Shown: piece after piece, positions 1-13,645 of the stretch
Layout of the letters: each line of letters opens with the position of its first letter
Numbering within the stretch: position 1 is the first letter of the stretch
Notes under the pieces: model-generated
What the model was told of the DNA's origin: nothing
The model's database searches: none
What the model saw: only the letters and a program-made list of their open reading frames with translations
Made by a program: the position numbers and the translations under genes
Source of the DNA: Balanoglossus misakiensis
Lineage: Eukaryota; Animalia; Hemichordata
Direction of reading: 5' to 3'
Assembly (NCBI GenBank): GCA_040954595.2
Contig: CM082576.2
Span: 11,721,129-11,785,128 of the forward strand
Length of the DNA stretch: 64,000 bases

Positions 1-1119
1 TGTGATATGTTTAAACTGTGCATGTGGTTGTTCTCAATAAGTGGGTGCAATATTTTAAACTTCGGTGGTGGTTGTCAGTGGTTTATAGAGACAGTTTTTA
101 AGTATGAAATGGACGTTTCAGTTTGGTAGTCATTCGAGGTCAGCCATGCCGATTGACTGGTGTCCTTTGAATTTTATGTCTGAAATGTGTTCAGATAACT
201 CATTGTACTACAGTTACTATTACATTTTATTTCAGTCTTGACGCTGGGAATAATTTGTGAAAGAAAAATCTAAATTGGCCTCCTAACCTGAGGAGGTTTG
301 GCCAGCAATTTGGTGGGTGAGTGAACTGACATGTGCATCAATAGAGTACAAGTAAGGTGTAGGTTTTTGAGTTTTAATCCCATAAAGTACAAGTCTATTA
401 TATATCTATTAATTGATATCAGCCTCTGTGTGTCTTTATACTTAATGGAGGCTAAATTTATTTGCAACCACTGGTGGCCCAAGCAAGTGGTGGGGATGTA
501 GTGAAAAACAAGTCAGTTTATATTGTGATAATGTCTTTCATGACTGACTGATTTAGTCCACTGATTGGTTTTAACTTTAAAACATTTGCAGAGGAGTCTG
601 CTTGCTTCTCCTCAGCGCAATCATCTTCCTGGCTCCTTACTTTCGTCTTGATCCTTTTGATGGGATATGCAGTCTTTCTATGGAAATTGGCACATTTTCA
701 GGGAACTGAACAATAACTACGCATATTATGTTTTGTTTAACAAAACCCACGTTCATTTTTGCTTGGGTTAAAAATTTAACTAATAATCAGGCCTATTACT
801 CAATATCATCATGATTCCAAATGCCTTTGATTCAGACTGAGAAACATTTGTGCTGTTCAAATGAACGTGTGTTTTTAGTCGCGTGAACCTGAATTGTGTT
901 TCTGTTAACCATGTTGCATCGTCATCGTAACAGAAACTGTCAATACACCACGCCGACATCAAGACTCGGTCGTAATTTCTCTAGTTCAAGTTGAGCGTTC
1001 CTGTCGAATGAGGGCGCAAACCGTGCCTGATCCAGACCGGACATGATTGGTTTAAAGTTTAGTGACGTCACACGATTGTCTCTAGAACGTCACGATAGCA
1101 ACGACTGCCACTGTATCCA

Positions 1120-3463
1120 TCAATGCACAACCGACGAGCCATTGCATTTCGTCCGTAATCTTCTGATCACCCATATCAACGGAAACATGGCAGATGCGAT
1201 CAGCAGGAGTGTGCCAGCAAAGTAGAAGGACAGGTCGTAGGATCCGGTCAAATCCAGGAAAAGCCCTGGAAGAATAAGAGGAAGGATATTGCCTGTGTTC
1301 ACTGCATGCAAGCAACGTTTTCCCGTGATGTTAAGAAGATGTTTATATTTACTCTATATTACCATAAACCTAGGATGTTCATCAAAATACGGGGCGTATT
1401 GCTACTAACGACGTGTGTGTGTGTGGAATACTAGTTACATTGGCAAATATCTCACCAGACAGCGGTGGCCCAATGAGAAATCCAGTTCCTGTGCTCAACA
1501 TTATTGTACCAATTCCTTCGACCATTCGTTCCACGCCGACCACCTGTTTGATGACAACCATGTCCAGCGCACAGTACACACCGCGCGACATCCCCATGAC
1601 TACCGAGACGGCCATCAGCTGGCCGTACGTGCTCGTGAAATTAGTAAATGCGGTGCCCAATCCGTACACGCCAGCTGCTAGACCGTGAATACAGGCTTGG
1701 CTTTTGTTGACACCAGCGAAATCGAGAAGGACTCCAGTTGCCAGAGATGTCACACAGCCGGTTATCCCTAAGACGGACATGATGAAAGACGCTCTGACGT
1801 CATCAATGCCCATGTGAACTGTTTTATCGACTAGGTGAGACATGGGAATGCTGTTTCCGACATTCAGAACGAACCTGTAAACCCAGAGGAGTATGAATAA
1901 TGGACGTTCTCGAAACAGCGCAACGAAGCCGCATAGAAGTGTCGCCAGTTGTGTTCGTTGTTTTTCATCGCTGTTTGCCTCAGTTTCACCAATTTCACTA
2001 ATTCTCCTATCGTCCTCCGAATCCGAATTCGACGCCGTGCCAGTAGGCCTACGTCTGGCGTCGGACTCATTCGCGATCTTGTCATAATTTGTGACCGGCC
2101 CAGTACCAGTGTCGCGGTTAACCTCTATATCAGACAGTGGTATCATTTTACCATCCTCTTCCCGGGTGACCCCGGAATCTGAGTTCAGGTGAATGGGTCT
2201 CAACAGAGCTGCACCGACACAGAGATGCGAGGACAGCGCCGCCACTATCACGAGGGCGCCTCTCCAGCCGTATACGTCGATCAGAATCTGGCAAAGTGGC
2301 GGCATGGCAAAGCTGGCGAGACCCACTCCGGCCAGGGCTATCCCGTTGGCCGTCGTGTACCGTGATTTGAAGTAACGTCCAAGGGAGGCAGACGAGGCAA
2401 CATAGCACAGTCCAAATGAGACACCTGAAGAAACAAGTATTAACTATTAATTTTAATTTTTTTTAATGCCTTCTGGACAAACGAAATAGCTTTATATTAA
2501 ACCTTTATACAATATGATCCTCAGGCGCACGATAACGATATGTGATGAATGAACATACCTGTGCAGGTGCCGAGACTTATGACCAGAAATAGCCAGTTGG
2601 TTGCGAACGAACTCACCAATATCGATAAACTCGACAGTATACCGCCGAACATTGCCATTTGACGAAAACCGTACCTCTTGCAGAGAATCGCTGAAAATGG
2701 ACCTGGAATTGTGGTTGAAATGAATGAACGATCGTCGAAACGCACAGCTGTAACTTACGTACAATTAATTTGTTTACATTGACAGCTACCAAATTTGATT
2801 TGATTATAACAGACTCGATGTAATTATTGGAAAGTTCACAGCTTTCAAAACAGTTACACCAACACTAAACAGCAGACATGATTATTAAAGGTCAGCGCGG
2901 GCAAGCCCTTTGACTCATTGTGCAAAGTGATAAATCACGCGAAAAAAAGACGTATTCATTGATTTTGTGCTGTGATGGAGAGGGGGAAGGGTCGAAGTTG
3001 TTAGATTACATTTATTTTTGTTCGTGAGCAATTTTTCTAGACCTCCGTATATGCGTATAGACTTACACGGATCGACCGCTTCGATGTGGGAACTCCGAGA
3101 CATGTACAAAAAGTACATTGTACCCGGCGTGCACTGTGAAGGTCACCCTGCCACTGATGCTGTAAAGTGCATGTCAACATTGATGACGGCGTTTTCCTGA
3201 AAACTATATACGGTGGAGCGCTTGCATGTTTACTTACCCGTCAGGTACGTGGCAGCCACGAATATCGACAGAATCAAGGAAGTTCGAGCGGCGCTTTCGC
3301 CGAAGAACGCAAGAAACTCGACGTAAAACACCGACATGGCTATTCCAATCCCCCGAACCAAAAACATCATGATCAAAGTCGCCACCATGACGAACCAGCC
3401 CCAACCCCCGTCGGGAGGATCGTCGGGTCCAGAGCTCAACTTCATATCTTTCGTTTGTGGCAT
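1120..3463 (-). CDS. Monocarboxylate transporter family (SLC16/MCT, MFS) protein, 4 exons, ~494 aa
   Basis: Exons 3238-3463, 2559-2702, 1456-2424 and 1120-1265 have GT-AG junctions and consistent phase (1485 nt). The N-terminus has the MCT signature PPDGGWGW. Other family-typical segments are GPFSAILCKRYG, YFKSRYTTANG and GPPLSG|LFLDLTGSYDLSFYFAG, with a long charged loop between TM6 and TM7. Confidence 0.93.
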
Positions 3464-5204
3464 TGTTTTTAGCGCTGATGACGTCAGTTGTTGCAGGCCC
3501 CGGCGATGACAGCGGATGCGACACGTGACATTTGTGCAATACGTGTATCCACTCTCAAGCCCTCTTTATTTTAAGAAGTGGCAAAACTGAAACATTGTAG
3601 AGACATTACTTGTTTTCTACAAATACAAATGAATACACGAAATTGCGTCCGTGTGGTTTCAATTAATGGTCTGTACTTATATACATACAATAGGCCTACA
3701 AGTATTTGTTATTGATGTCATCACGTATAACAGTTGTAATATGACCACTTTAGAATTGCGTCCTTGTCCTTTCAAGGGTCAAAATTGAGGGCAGTCGCCC
3801 ATCAACAACTTGAAGACAAATGCTTGTAATTCCTTTTGATGGATATGCCTATTGGGTGTCAGATTGTAAGTTTGGCTTCTATATGACCCTACGTGAGTCA
3901 GTATATACGGACACTGAAAACACGAAGCGAAGTTTCTTGCATTTTGTACACAACTATGTGCAATGCAATATCCTTGTACTGGCCAGTCCCCTGCCTCAGA
4001 ATAGCAGCCACACTATGTTGCCGACATTCTATCACACACTGACACAGACAGACAGACAGACACACGCACATACATGGCACAGACGGTATCACGGCCACGC
4101 CCGGACACTTCGCCCTTGTCCGGACACTTCCCACCAAACAGATAGTGTTAGAGATAGTTAGGCCGCAGCCCCTCTATTGCAGGTTTGGGATAACAGTCGG
4201 ATGTGTAAATGCCCCGGCCGGGGGGGGGGGGGTAACTGTCCTATAACTCTCGCAAACACGGGGGATAGGAAAAGAAGCAGACGAAGCAACCAGTAAAGTT
4301 CTTGTTTAAAAGTTCAGATTACAAACTTTACTTCGAATATAAATATTTACAACTATCTACGAATCTCATTTTTGAAAGCAAAATCAACGTGCATCAGGTA
4401 AGGAATGGTTACAATACATTCGGTGATATTTGATGAGATGCAAATGGTACAGTTAAACAGAAAGTTTTTTTACGTATGTAAATCTAACATTTGATATTTT
4501 AATTATGAATGCTGGAATTTAAATGATACAATGGTAGATGTATTACATGGCACGTGTGGTTCAAGCACGACGGACAAGCTATGCGATTGCTACGCACTTG
4601 TGTGTGGGGGAACAAATCGCGTTTTTCTTCCAACTACTGGTATAATGTGATAAAGAAATCCAAACAACGAAATTTTCTTCGCACGTGCCTCCACGACATT
4701 GATTAAAATGCGGTCGGAGATCTCTGGTCGGTGGTGAATGGCCAAAAGAAATAGGTCACTTAGACTAATATGCAGATGTGCTAGATCGATATGCGTGAGA
4801 ATGGTCAACTTTCATTGATATCATGTGGGGAAATTGGGCCCAGGTTCAATTGGTACAAGGCAAAAAAGCAAAAAATTGGCCCGAAATATAAGGCTTTTAT
4901 AGAGACAGCACGAATTCAATTTTGCGATTCGTAAAATACTAGCTAAAGTGGACGGCAATGTGATTATAGTATGCCATTTGATTCAATATTTGTTAAAGTG
5001 TCACGTACGTATGTTGAAATTCCTCGCCAACCATTGTTCTTATTGACTGGGGTCTTCTAGAGAAACGTACGCATGGCATGATCCAAGTCGAGTTGCCGTT
5101 TCCCAAAATATTACACGCCACTCTCATCTTTCGATCTTCTAAAAAAGGCAGAGCTGGTATTAAATATAAAAAAGAATTTGGCGAACAGCCCGTTGATGGC
5201 GCCT

Positions 5205-6974
5205 TCACTTGGTGTATGACGTGATAAGTTTGACAAAATCTGAAGAGAAAGATAAATCAAAAGCAAAAAGTTATAAGTTGTCTGCAAAATTATGATGGTT
5301 TGATTTTCTGACACTTTAACAGTGTGAGCGAGCGAAAATCTACTACAAAACGGATGTGTCTTGAAAAATCAAATACTGAGTAATTCTTCATTTTACAGAG
5401 TAGAGAAGTTGGAGTTACTGGGGCTTGGAGTAGTTGACTGTTGGCTATATGTTTTGATCGTTTCTGCAGGACAGATCGAGAAGAGCCATAATCTCGTAAA
5501 ACACGAGACGGTAAGATTCGTGTGTGCTCCTGCGCTGACATACGATGAAACCATTACACGACTTACCCACATAATTCACTTTGCCGTCTTCGCCGACGTT
5601 GGCGTCCTTCACCATTTCGTCCATCTCGTCGGCCGACAGCTTCTCGCCCATCGTCGTCATGAGATGTCTCAGCTCGGTCACGGTGATGAAACCCGTGTCG
5701 TCGGTGTCGAACACCCTGAAGGCGTCGCGCAGTTCGTCCTCGCCGTCCACGGCGTTGAACTTGGTCGCCATCATCATGAGAAACTCCGGGAACTCGATGG
5801 TTCCGCTGCCTGTTGAGGACGAGTTTTGTATAGAGTGTCACTGATGATGAGTGGGGAAGACAGCTAATAAAGGTCGTTGAATGCGCAGGACACACAGCAT
5901 AATCACACATTTTTCATTCTAAAAAGTATAAATTCACTGCTTGATATATATGCCCACATCACCAAGAAGACGCATGACATTTGGCTATCGTCGCTGTATT
6001 AACATTTTTGTTCGACTTTTGTCGATGATGGCGTACTCACCGTCGATATCGACCTCCTGGATCATGTCTTCAACCTCTTTCTCGGTCGGGTTTTGACCGA
6101 GCGACCGGAGAACGATGACCAATTCCTTGTTGTTGATCGTGCCATCTCCATCGATGTCAAACAAGGAGAAGGCCTCCTTTAGTTCTGCAAGAGGTGAAAT
6201 TATTAAAATTCACTGTGTCAATTCCGGTGTTCTAATAAGAAAACAATTCTTAATGTGCAATTAATTATCATTTAAATGTGCACGCAATATATACATTAAA
6301 ATTCTACGCAACGAAAAATTCAAACGCGCGTATACCGTCACGCGTCCCACTTTTTCATTGCATGCTGTTCGCTGTTTGACCCGAGGTGTTTGTTACCTGT
6401 TACTAACAGTTGCTATGGCAACACGTCGTTTTGCATGCATGTTCAACAGCGCTTCATGCTTGATCAGTAGAGACTCAACACAGCAGCAATTAGGCTTTTG
6501 TGGAGTCAACTGTTCTGTTCTCCTAACCACCGCTTCCATGATAATAAGCACTTGCTCAATGCAGAATGTATTTTTTACAGGATTTCGACGCAAAAAAGTC
6601 GTAAATCTATCCTTTCTGGATCACTGCCCTTATCATAACTAGGTGACATCGGCAACTTTGTCTATAACGCCGTCAAAACCCCGCGGTTTTTATGTTGCAT
6701 GAGCGGCCATTTTAAGTGAGTTCAGCAATATTGTTAACGTTTGGGGAGGAGGTATAAAACTCAATTATCTACTATGCATGATTTAGCATAATCTACCAAA
6801 AGATCCCGGAGTATTTATGATCCTGTTTCTGCCTGGAGAAACGTTCTTGTGTTAAACACCGCCACAAATTGCTCATTATCTCTCAGTTCAGTCACGTGAT
6901 ATCACTCATAAGCAATATATGTAAACTCACTTAATTTCTTCAGGCGTAGGAGCGAGACTGTCTACATGCGCCAT
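5205..6974 (-). CDS. Calmodulin-like protein with four EF-hands (divergent; first exon uncertain)
   Basis: Exons 6041-6184 ([35 protein letters not shown]...DIDG), 5567-5809 ([10 protein letters not shown]...[18 protein letters not shown]...GEKLS...) and 5205-5239 ([11 protein letters not shown]) join in frame. Candidate exon 1 at 6931-6974 ([14 protein letters not shown]) has a good donor but ends in phase 2, while exon 2 needs phase 1. Confidence 0.88.
6409..6422. promoter_or_regulatory. RFX X-box in the first intron of the calmodulin-like gene
   Basis: GTTGCTATGGCAAC fits the palindromic X-box consensus GTTNCYATRGNAAC. Confidence 0.55.
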
Positions 6975-9900
6975 CCCAATTATATTTTAATTTCTAATTA
7001 TCTTTTTGGAGAAGGGGTGTTGAAATGTTATATAGTTTGAACGCTTTCCACCACGCGAATATCACTACATTAATAGTTAATGAGCAATTTCCTGTTGCAA
7101 CGTTATATGTTTCTCTTTGCGTCTACAAGAGCTTCTCTATTCGCCTTTACGAACGAGGTGGCCATGTTTTCGTCTCAGACAGAGAAAAGGTTAGCAACCT
7201 GAGTGGGCAGACTAATGCCGGTCACGTACCGCGTATAGTGCGGTGTCACGACAGCGATCAGTGCGCGCGCGTAAAAGATGTCGATCTCAAATGAGGGCAA
7301 TCCGACACACGCAGCGAAGGATTTCCTATCAATTTCGTCCGAAGCCGCCCGTGGATAAATTTAAGGTGATCCTGCGTGAAAATGCTGCAAGCAGTGCCCG
7401 TCCGCGGGAAAATAGTTAGAAAACTACGGACACACTGAACACATTGCAGTGCCCGGCCCGGACGAAAAAGTGGCCATGCCCCATCGTGGCATTCTGGTGA
7501 AATTGCGTGCGCAGATATCAGCAGACGAACTGCAAGAATAACCGGCGAATGGAAACTAGCAAAAAATAGTTTCTTTTAATTATTCAGAGGACTGTCGGAT
7601 GGGGGCGAAATGGAAGAAGCGAGCCGCGAAAATAATTCCGTCAAATGTCTAAATATCGACATTCGTTCATTTGAGTGAAGTGTTCTGACTGTTGTTTGCT
7701 TTGGTTAGAGAATCGGACGAACAGGTGGTTGTGTAAAAGTTGTCATATCACGATAATTTCAAAGTCGTGTGAAACATTGTCTGATCTGACTCGTCTGCCT
7801 GGCCTGCATTTGTCGTGGCAGAATAGAAAAAAGATCGTCCAGAAATGTTGAACATTCGCCACTATGCTCACCCCATCCGAAAACATCTATTCTAGGCGAG
7901 AGGAGTTTACGACTGACAGTCCTATCTATTTCGAATAGCTCGGAAGTCCATCGACGCTTTGCAAAATAAATGCTCTCAGAAACCTAACAGGGGATATTTA
8001 AGAATATCTTGGGCCATGAAGACTTATATAAACATTGGAATTCGAAGGCTTGCAAAACAATCGAACTCAGAATCCTAACATATGTATGATTTAAAAAAAA
8101 ATCCCAGATGCATTATCGGCCCCGCGCAAATGGCAATGGTACTGCAGGAGATTTGGCTACTAATCACAGAATCCATTTGTATAATGATGAATCGTTTGTT
8201 ACTTAATTTCAGTAAGTCGAAAGGCGGGATTTCCGTGTTCTTTATTGCATCACGAGGGATGATGATCGATCGCGTTGGATGTTTGATGGCGCGGAATCAA
8301 TGCTCATCCGTGCAGGAAAACATCCTCACGATGCTAATCCCCGGCCAGCCGAGTGACAAAACAAAACAACGTGTGACGTCATTCCATAACACACCGTTGT
8401 TATGGAATACTCCGTACTAACCGATCTCCTGCTTACATTTCTATTCACTTACTTATCAGCGCATGAGCCCCTTGATTAAAAAAAAATAGCAATAAAATCC
8501 CGGGGAGTTTTGTACCGTACTGAGGAGGAGATAAGCGCTTGCTTGTGCCATACTGTCTGTTTTTGACGAGCGATTTTTAATTCAACGTGTGTATTCTATC
8601 TCATATGCGATGCATTGTGGACTCGCATCCATTGTGCGTTACAACAAAGGGTCACTTTGTGTCGTTCCCTCGAAGAAAGAAAGGGTCTTAAATTGATCGC
8701 CGTCACAAAAAACACGAGAGCTTGAGCACAGGAAGAAATATTGACTGGAATCGGAAACACAGCCTATCTCGTGGCACGCCATTAGGTAAACGAAACGTGT
8801 GGCCGTGCAGATGGTCGAAGAAAAATCACCCACTCCCGCCCGCTGGCAGAAATACTATTAAACAGTCTATTAGCAATAATGTCCTTAAACCTATAAAGTC
8901 TCATAACGCTTAATTTGTGATTAATCACGGAGACAGTTGGCTGTATAATTAATCATGCGGGGTTGGAAACCAACATGACTCGATCAATATTTGACATCAC
9001 ACATATTTCAACTCAAAATTCGTCGTAGACACGACGGGTTTACCGGCGTTCTTTGCTTATGTTGCTGACTATAGCGGGTGTCTATATGCATGGTGGAACT
9101 GTGGTCATGACGTTAATAATGTGTCAATATGTCAATTGCAAATGTTTCGACCGCAATTCACGTGATGACTTTTGTTCTTACCTGCGATCTGGTCTTCTGT
9201 TAAATTATCAATCTTTCAGAGTATCGTGGAAAAGAGCGAAAAAAACAAAAACGCAAATTAATTAACGTAATATATTTAGAGTCGACACTGGAAACATCGG
9301 CAGGTCAAAGAATACAGAAAGGGTGGTAACGACAACGTCTCAAGAATGTCTGGTTATTAAGTGAACGTGTAAATCTACCAGTCGATATCAATTGTCACCA
9401 TCAAGACTCTTAACTACGGTATATGTCAGTCAGCACACAAAATGGCGAATGTAAGTTGACAAAAGCAGTCGACATAATCAGCATACTGAGCTGTTACCTT
9501 GCCGGTAGAGTGTATTCATCACGGCTAGGGTATTCAACGCTTAACAATAGCCAAGCTTGGCGTATACGGTAGACCACCAGTCCGTGTCATGGCGAATGCG
9601 TTTACATCACAACAAGCTTTACCTATCATAACCGTGACGGCCTTCTAAATGAAAGTACGGCAATGATCAATTTTGTTCTGTCAATTTTCGCCACGAACTA
9701 CAGTCGATCTATTTCGTTTCAGTTCATATAATTCATCCCTATCGCAAATTGGATCACAAGCTGAGCACAGATCATTCATTTTTAAAATCGACATGAGCCC
9801 ACGCTCCATGCATAACGGAGGCTTTTCATTCCCGTATATTATGTCGCATATACATCATTTCTCTCTGTAAAACTCTTTTCGCCGAGAGTCACGATACATC

Positions 9901-10770
9901 AAGAGATAAAGGAGGTTGCACTCACCACTGCCGACATAGCGGTCTTACGATTGATAAACAGCAAACCACCACAGCGCACTGCTCAACGTACAACGGTGAC
10001 GTGTGCCTAATGTATGTGTCGTCTCCGTCAATACCTTCTCAGTGATAGTGAATGAGGCTGTCGGCGCGCGCAACAAAGACGGCGTCTTTCCAAGCTGCGT
10101 GTCCTTGCGCGCAAATTGGCGATATTAACGCGTGCGCAAAGTCGCGCGCTGCAACGACACCGCACCCGTTTCGCGAGTGTGAAGTAGGCCTAAAACAGCT
10201 TTGTTTTTGGCGGAGTACTGGAAACCAAACAAACAACAGCAATGACGTAAGAGAATAAACAACTATGTGTTCATTGACTTCTAATTATCTGAACGATTGT
10301 TAACGGGATAACCAGATAACTGTAAAATGTGTGAACCGGTTTGAGTAGTTTCCCCGTCTTTCCCATCTACAAAATATTTTCGTTCGGTTTATCTATCGCG
10401 CTACAGGCCCCAGCAGTATCACATTGGCATAATTATCAACGCTTCCTTGTATGATAATTTTATTGGGATATTAAATTCGGAGAATGTAAAGTTCATTGAC
10501 AGCATTAACGTGTAATTAATAAACTTTTGAGGATTCGAACTCGGAACCTGCAAGGAAGCCAGCGCACAACAAGACAACCCGTGAATTTAGAAATCACCAG
10601 AGGAAAAACTCAACTGTTTCATTTATTCACTTCTTCAAGTTCGGTGCAGTCTGTAGTTGGCCAGGCAACTTGCTAGTAATATTATAAAAATCAGCATTCT
10701 GGTTCCGTTCAGTGGTGTGCACACTGTGTTATCTCATTATGACAAACCACTTTTGATTTTTTTTATAAAA

Positions 10771-10850
10771 CCCTTTTGTCCCGCTTCACTCAATAAAAGT
10801 CCAATTTTACCATAGAAATTAATTTGGACCAAACCATGGCGATGAAAGGA
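10771..10850. mobile_element. Degenerate copy of the 14.0-kb TTAA MITE
   Basis: CCCTTT...TTACCATAGAAA...AACCATGGCGATGAAAGG is collinear with 14023-14106. Confidence 0.45.
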
Positions 10851-13645
10851 TTTTTATCGCAAGTATATATCTTCTCCAAATCTCACGCGTCAGTGATTCA
10901 CATAAATCCTCATTTTTGTTACGCTTGTGGATTTCAGTATAGTTAGAGCGCCACCATCAGTGTGAAGAAGTAGGCGTTCTGCATTCTAGCAGGTTAGAGA
11001 CATGCGCGTGTGTGTGTGTCTGTCGTTTAATTACAAGACAGTCAAAAGTAATGAACCTAGGTTTTTTGGGGGTCGCAATTTACAGCTGTTGATCGCCGAA
11101 AATATCGTCTTTTTCATGTGCTAAATCATGTTTCCAAGAAAATAATTTCTTAATAGTATCATGATGGATATTGAACTTATCTGTGGAAGAAAAATCACAT
11201 CAACTCTCAATATGCTTTATATGCGGCAATTAAAATTCACGATTTATGGCACAAATCGTCATCTTCACCGGAATTACGAACTTCACTCACGATCACAAAC
11301 AGATTATGTCATTATTAGATCATACAAAAATGCAGCGATCTGTTTGTAAGTCCAAACTCACATATATGCACTGCGTTTACGATGATACAATCTATCAAGA
11401 GGGAGCCCTCTAAAGGCCAACATACGGTGAAACTCAAACACTCGAAAGGCGACCATATGTCAAAGATATATCCTCAGTCATGCAGGTGTAGTTTGGAAGT
11501 TTTTTTATTTCACAAAAGTGCCTCTCACGGTTTACTGCACTGATAGGTATGCCAGGCGACTGAGTTATCTGAAGTTTAAACTTCCCCTTCTGAAAGCGTG
11601 CAGTTAAGGTATGAGGAAGTGTATCACAGTACCCAAAAATATGTGAACACCACAGCAACCCATACATGTACATGTACTAGTAATGTAGTACCGTAAATCA
11701 ATTTAATAAATTGATAATAAGACAGTTTGTCACCGGATAGGGTTGTCAGTTTTAATAGTTACTGCTATACACAAACTACAATCACAGCCCAAGTTCAATG
11801 TTATACTGCAGCAAAATAAAACCCAAATAATTTGAAAGCACATCTTCAAAATACAGTAAAAATGGAATGTTGGTTGTTTTATTTGACAATAAGTTCCTGC
11901 ATTTGATAGACTTTTATTAAAAATTACAAATTTAATTTACAGTTTTCATAATGCAATGGCACTGCCTTAAAGGAAGGAAGGAAGGAATGAACGAATGAAT
12001 AATTCACTTGAAATTGCAAAAACAGCAGGCTGTTGAAATCAGATATGTGCCTTCCTGTGTGGGATTCTCTGTGTTACATGACCCGACTGATCATTAGCAA
12101 TCTAACACAGCTTTGACTGATAACCTTACAACCTTATTCAAATCGAGTGTAAACAATCCACTTTTCACAAATGTCTTTAATGATAAGCTTTTATTCAAAA
12201 GTGACCCCTAACAGAGAAATACCCTTTTCTTCAAAAATGCATGGGTTATCTTTTGACTTAGTCAAGTTATATTTTATAATTTATTTATTCATTAATAAAT
12301 GTAAATATATAATTTGCTGATTTTCGCACTTTGAATATAATTAAGAGAATTTTTATTATAAACTCATTATTAAATGTAAATGTACAATTTTCTGAATTTC
12401 ACAAGGTTTATTAGAAATCATTTAGAGAAATACACAATCGATGACATCATGAAAATACAACATAATTGCCAAACACTATAGCTGTTATCACTAACCTTAC
12501 TAATTTCAGATACATACGAACATAAATTTCGTGTTGTAAGTAATGCCCAGGAGTAGTTGGTTTTATCGAAGGTTGTCGAAATATTGACATCAATTGGGAA
12601 ATACTGAAGAAACTTTGTTTTTCAACACAATTCACAAAAACGCATTTACATGTATGAAACATGAAACAGAACGTAAACTTGTCTGCCTCTTCAAGCATTA
12701 CAAAAATAATTCAAAGACTTCTGAAATAGTATTACAAACATGAAAATGGGGTTGAAAAATGGATTATATGAAAATAAGTAGTTTTAATTATTGGCCGAGT
12801 TGTTAATGTCAGCTGCAGGGTGGAGGTATTTACTTAAAAAACATTTTGAAAAACATGTCAGAGTTCTTAAGTACCAGCAAGTCTTGTACTACAAATACAT
12901 GTGTTGCAGAAACTCACAGTAACACAGCAAACAGATTTTCTGCTACACCAAAGAATGCCGTTCAACTAAATGCCTTGAATGTCCCTGTGCATTGAAACAT
13001 GCAGAGGGTCATTTCTTTGTAAAACAGGTTTAAAATGTATCGATCAGAGCAATAAATTCTCACATCAAGTAGGCAAATTAGCGTTTTAAAATTAGAGAAT
13101 GCATACAAAAATAGAATAGATATACATGTACCCCGCGGTACATGTAACTGTATTCTGACAATACTCTTAAAAGAAAAACAAAACTGGACTGCAACACAAA
13201 ACGCATAAACAGAATTAATGCAAAATCACTTTCACATCAAAATGTGGGAAAAACTCCCACAACCATTCGCAGTAAGAAAGTGACTGTGACTTTTGAAAAT
13301 ATAATCACTAAGAACCTCATAATTTGTTACGTGAAGAACGCCTACATTTTTTTACTATCTTCAACATACAGTGAAGATTTTGTTACTACCGAAAAATATC
13401 AAATCTCTGCAAAATAACTTGAGAATTTGTTTTCTGGGCACGTTTATCAAAACCTGTAGGTATAGTGTTTGGAACACATTTCTTCTCTGTGGCAGGTTTT
13501 CAGTTAAAAAAACAACATGCAATCCTCCGCTGATGTCCAATTCTTGGAAATTGTTTTCATCCCAACGCCCGGCCATATCAGCTTTCATGTACCTCGACAT
13601 CAACCCACCACCCTTGCTGCATCAGAGTGGGACACCCAGCCACGT

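Noticed and set aside
10530-10549. B-box-like GGTTCCGAGTTCGAATCC on the minus strand
   Set aside because: There is no cloverleaf or A-box. At most it is a SINE fragment, not a tRNA.
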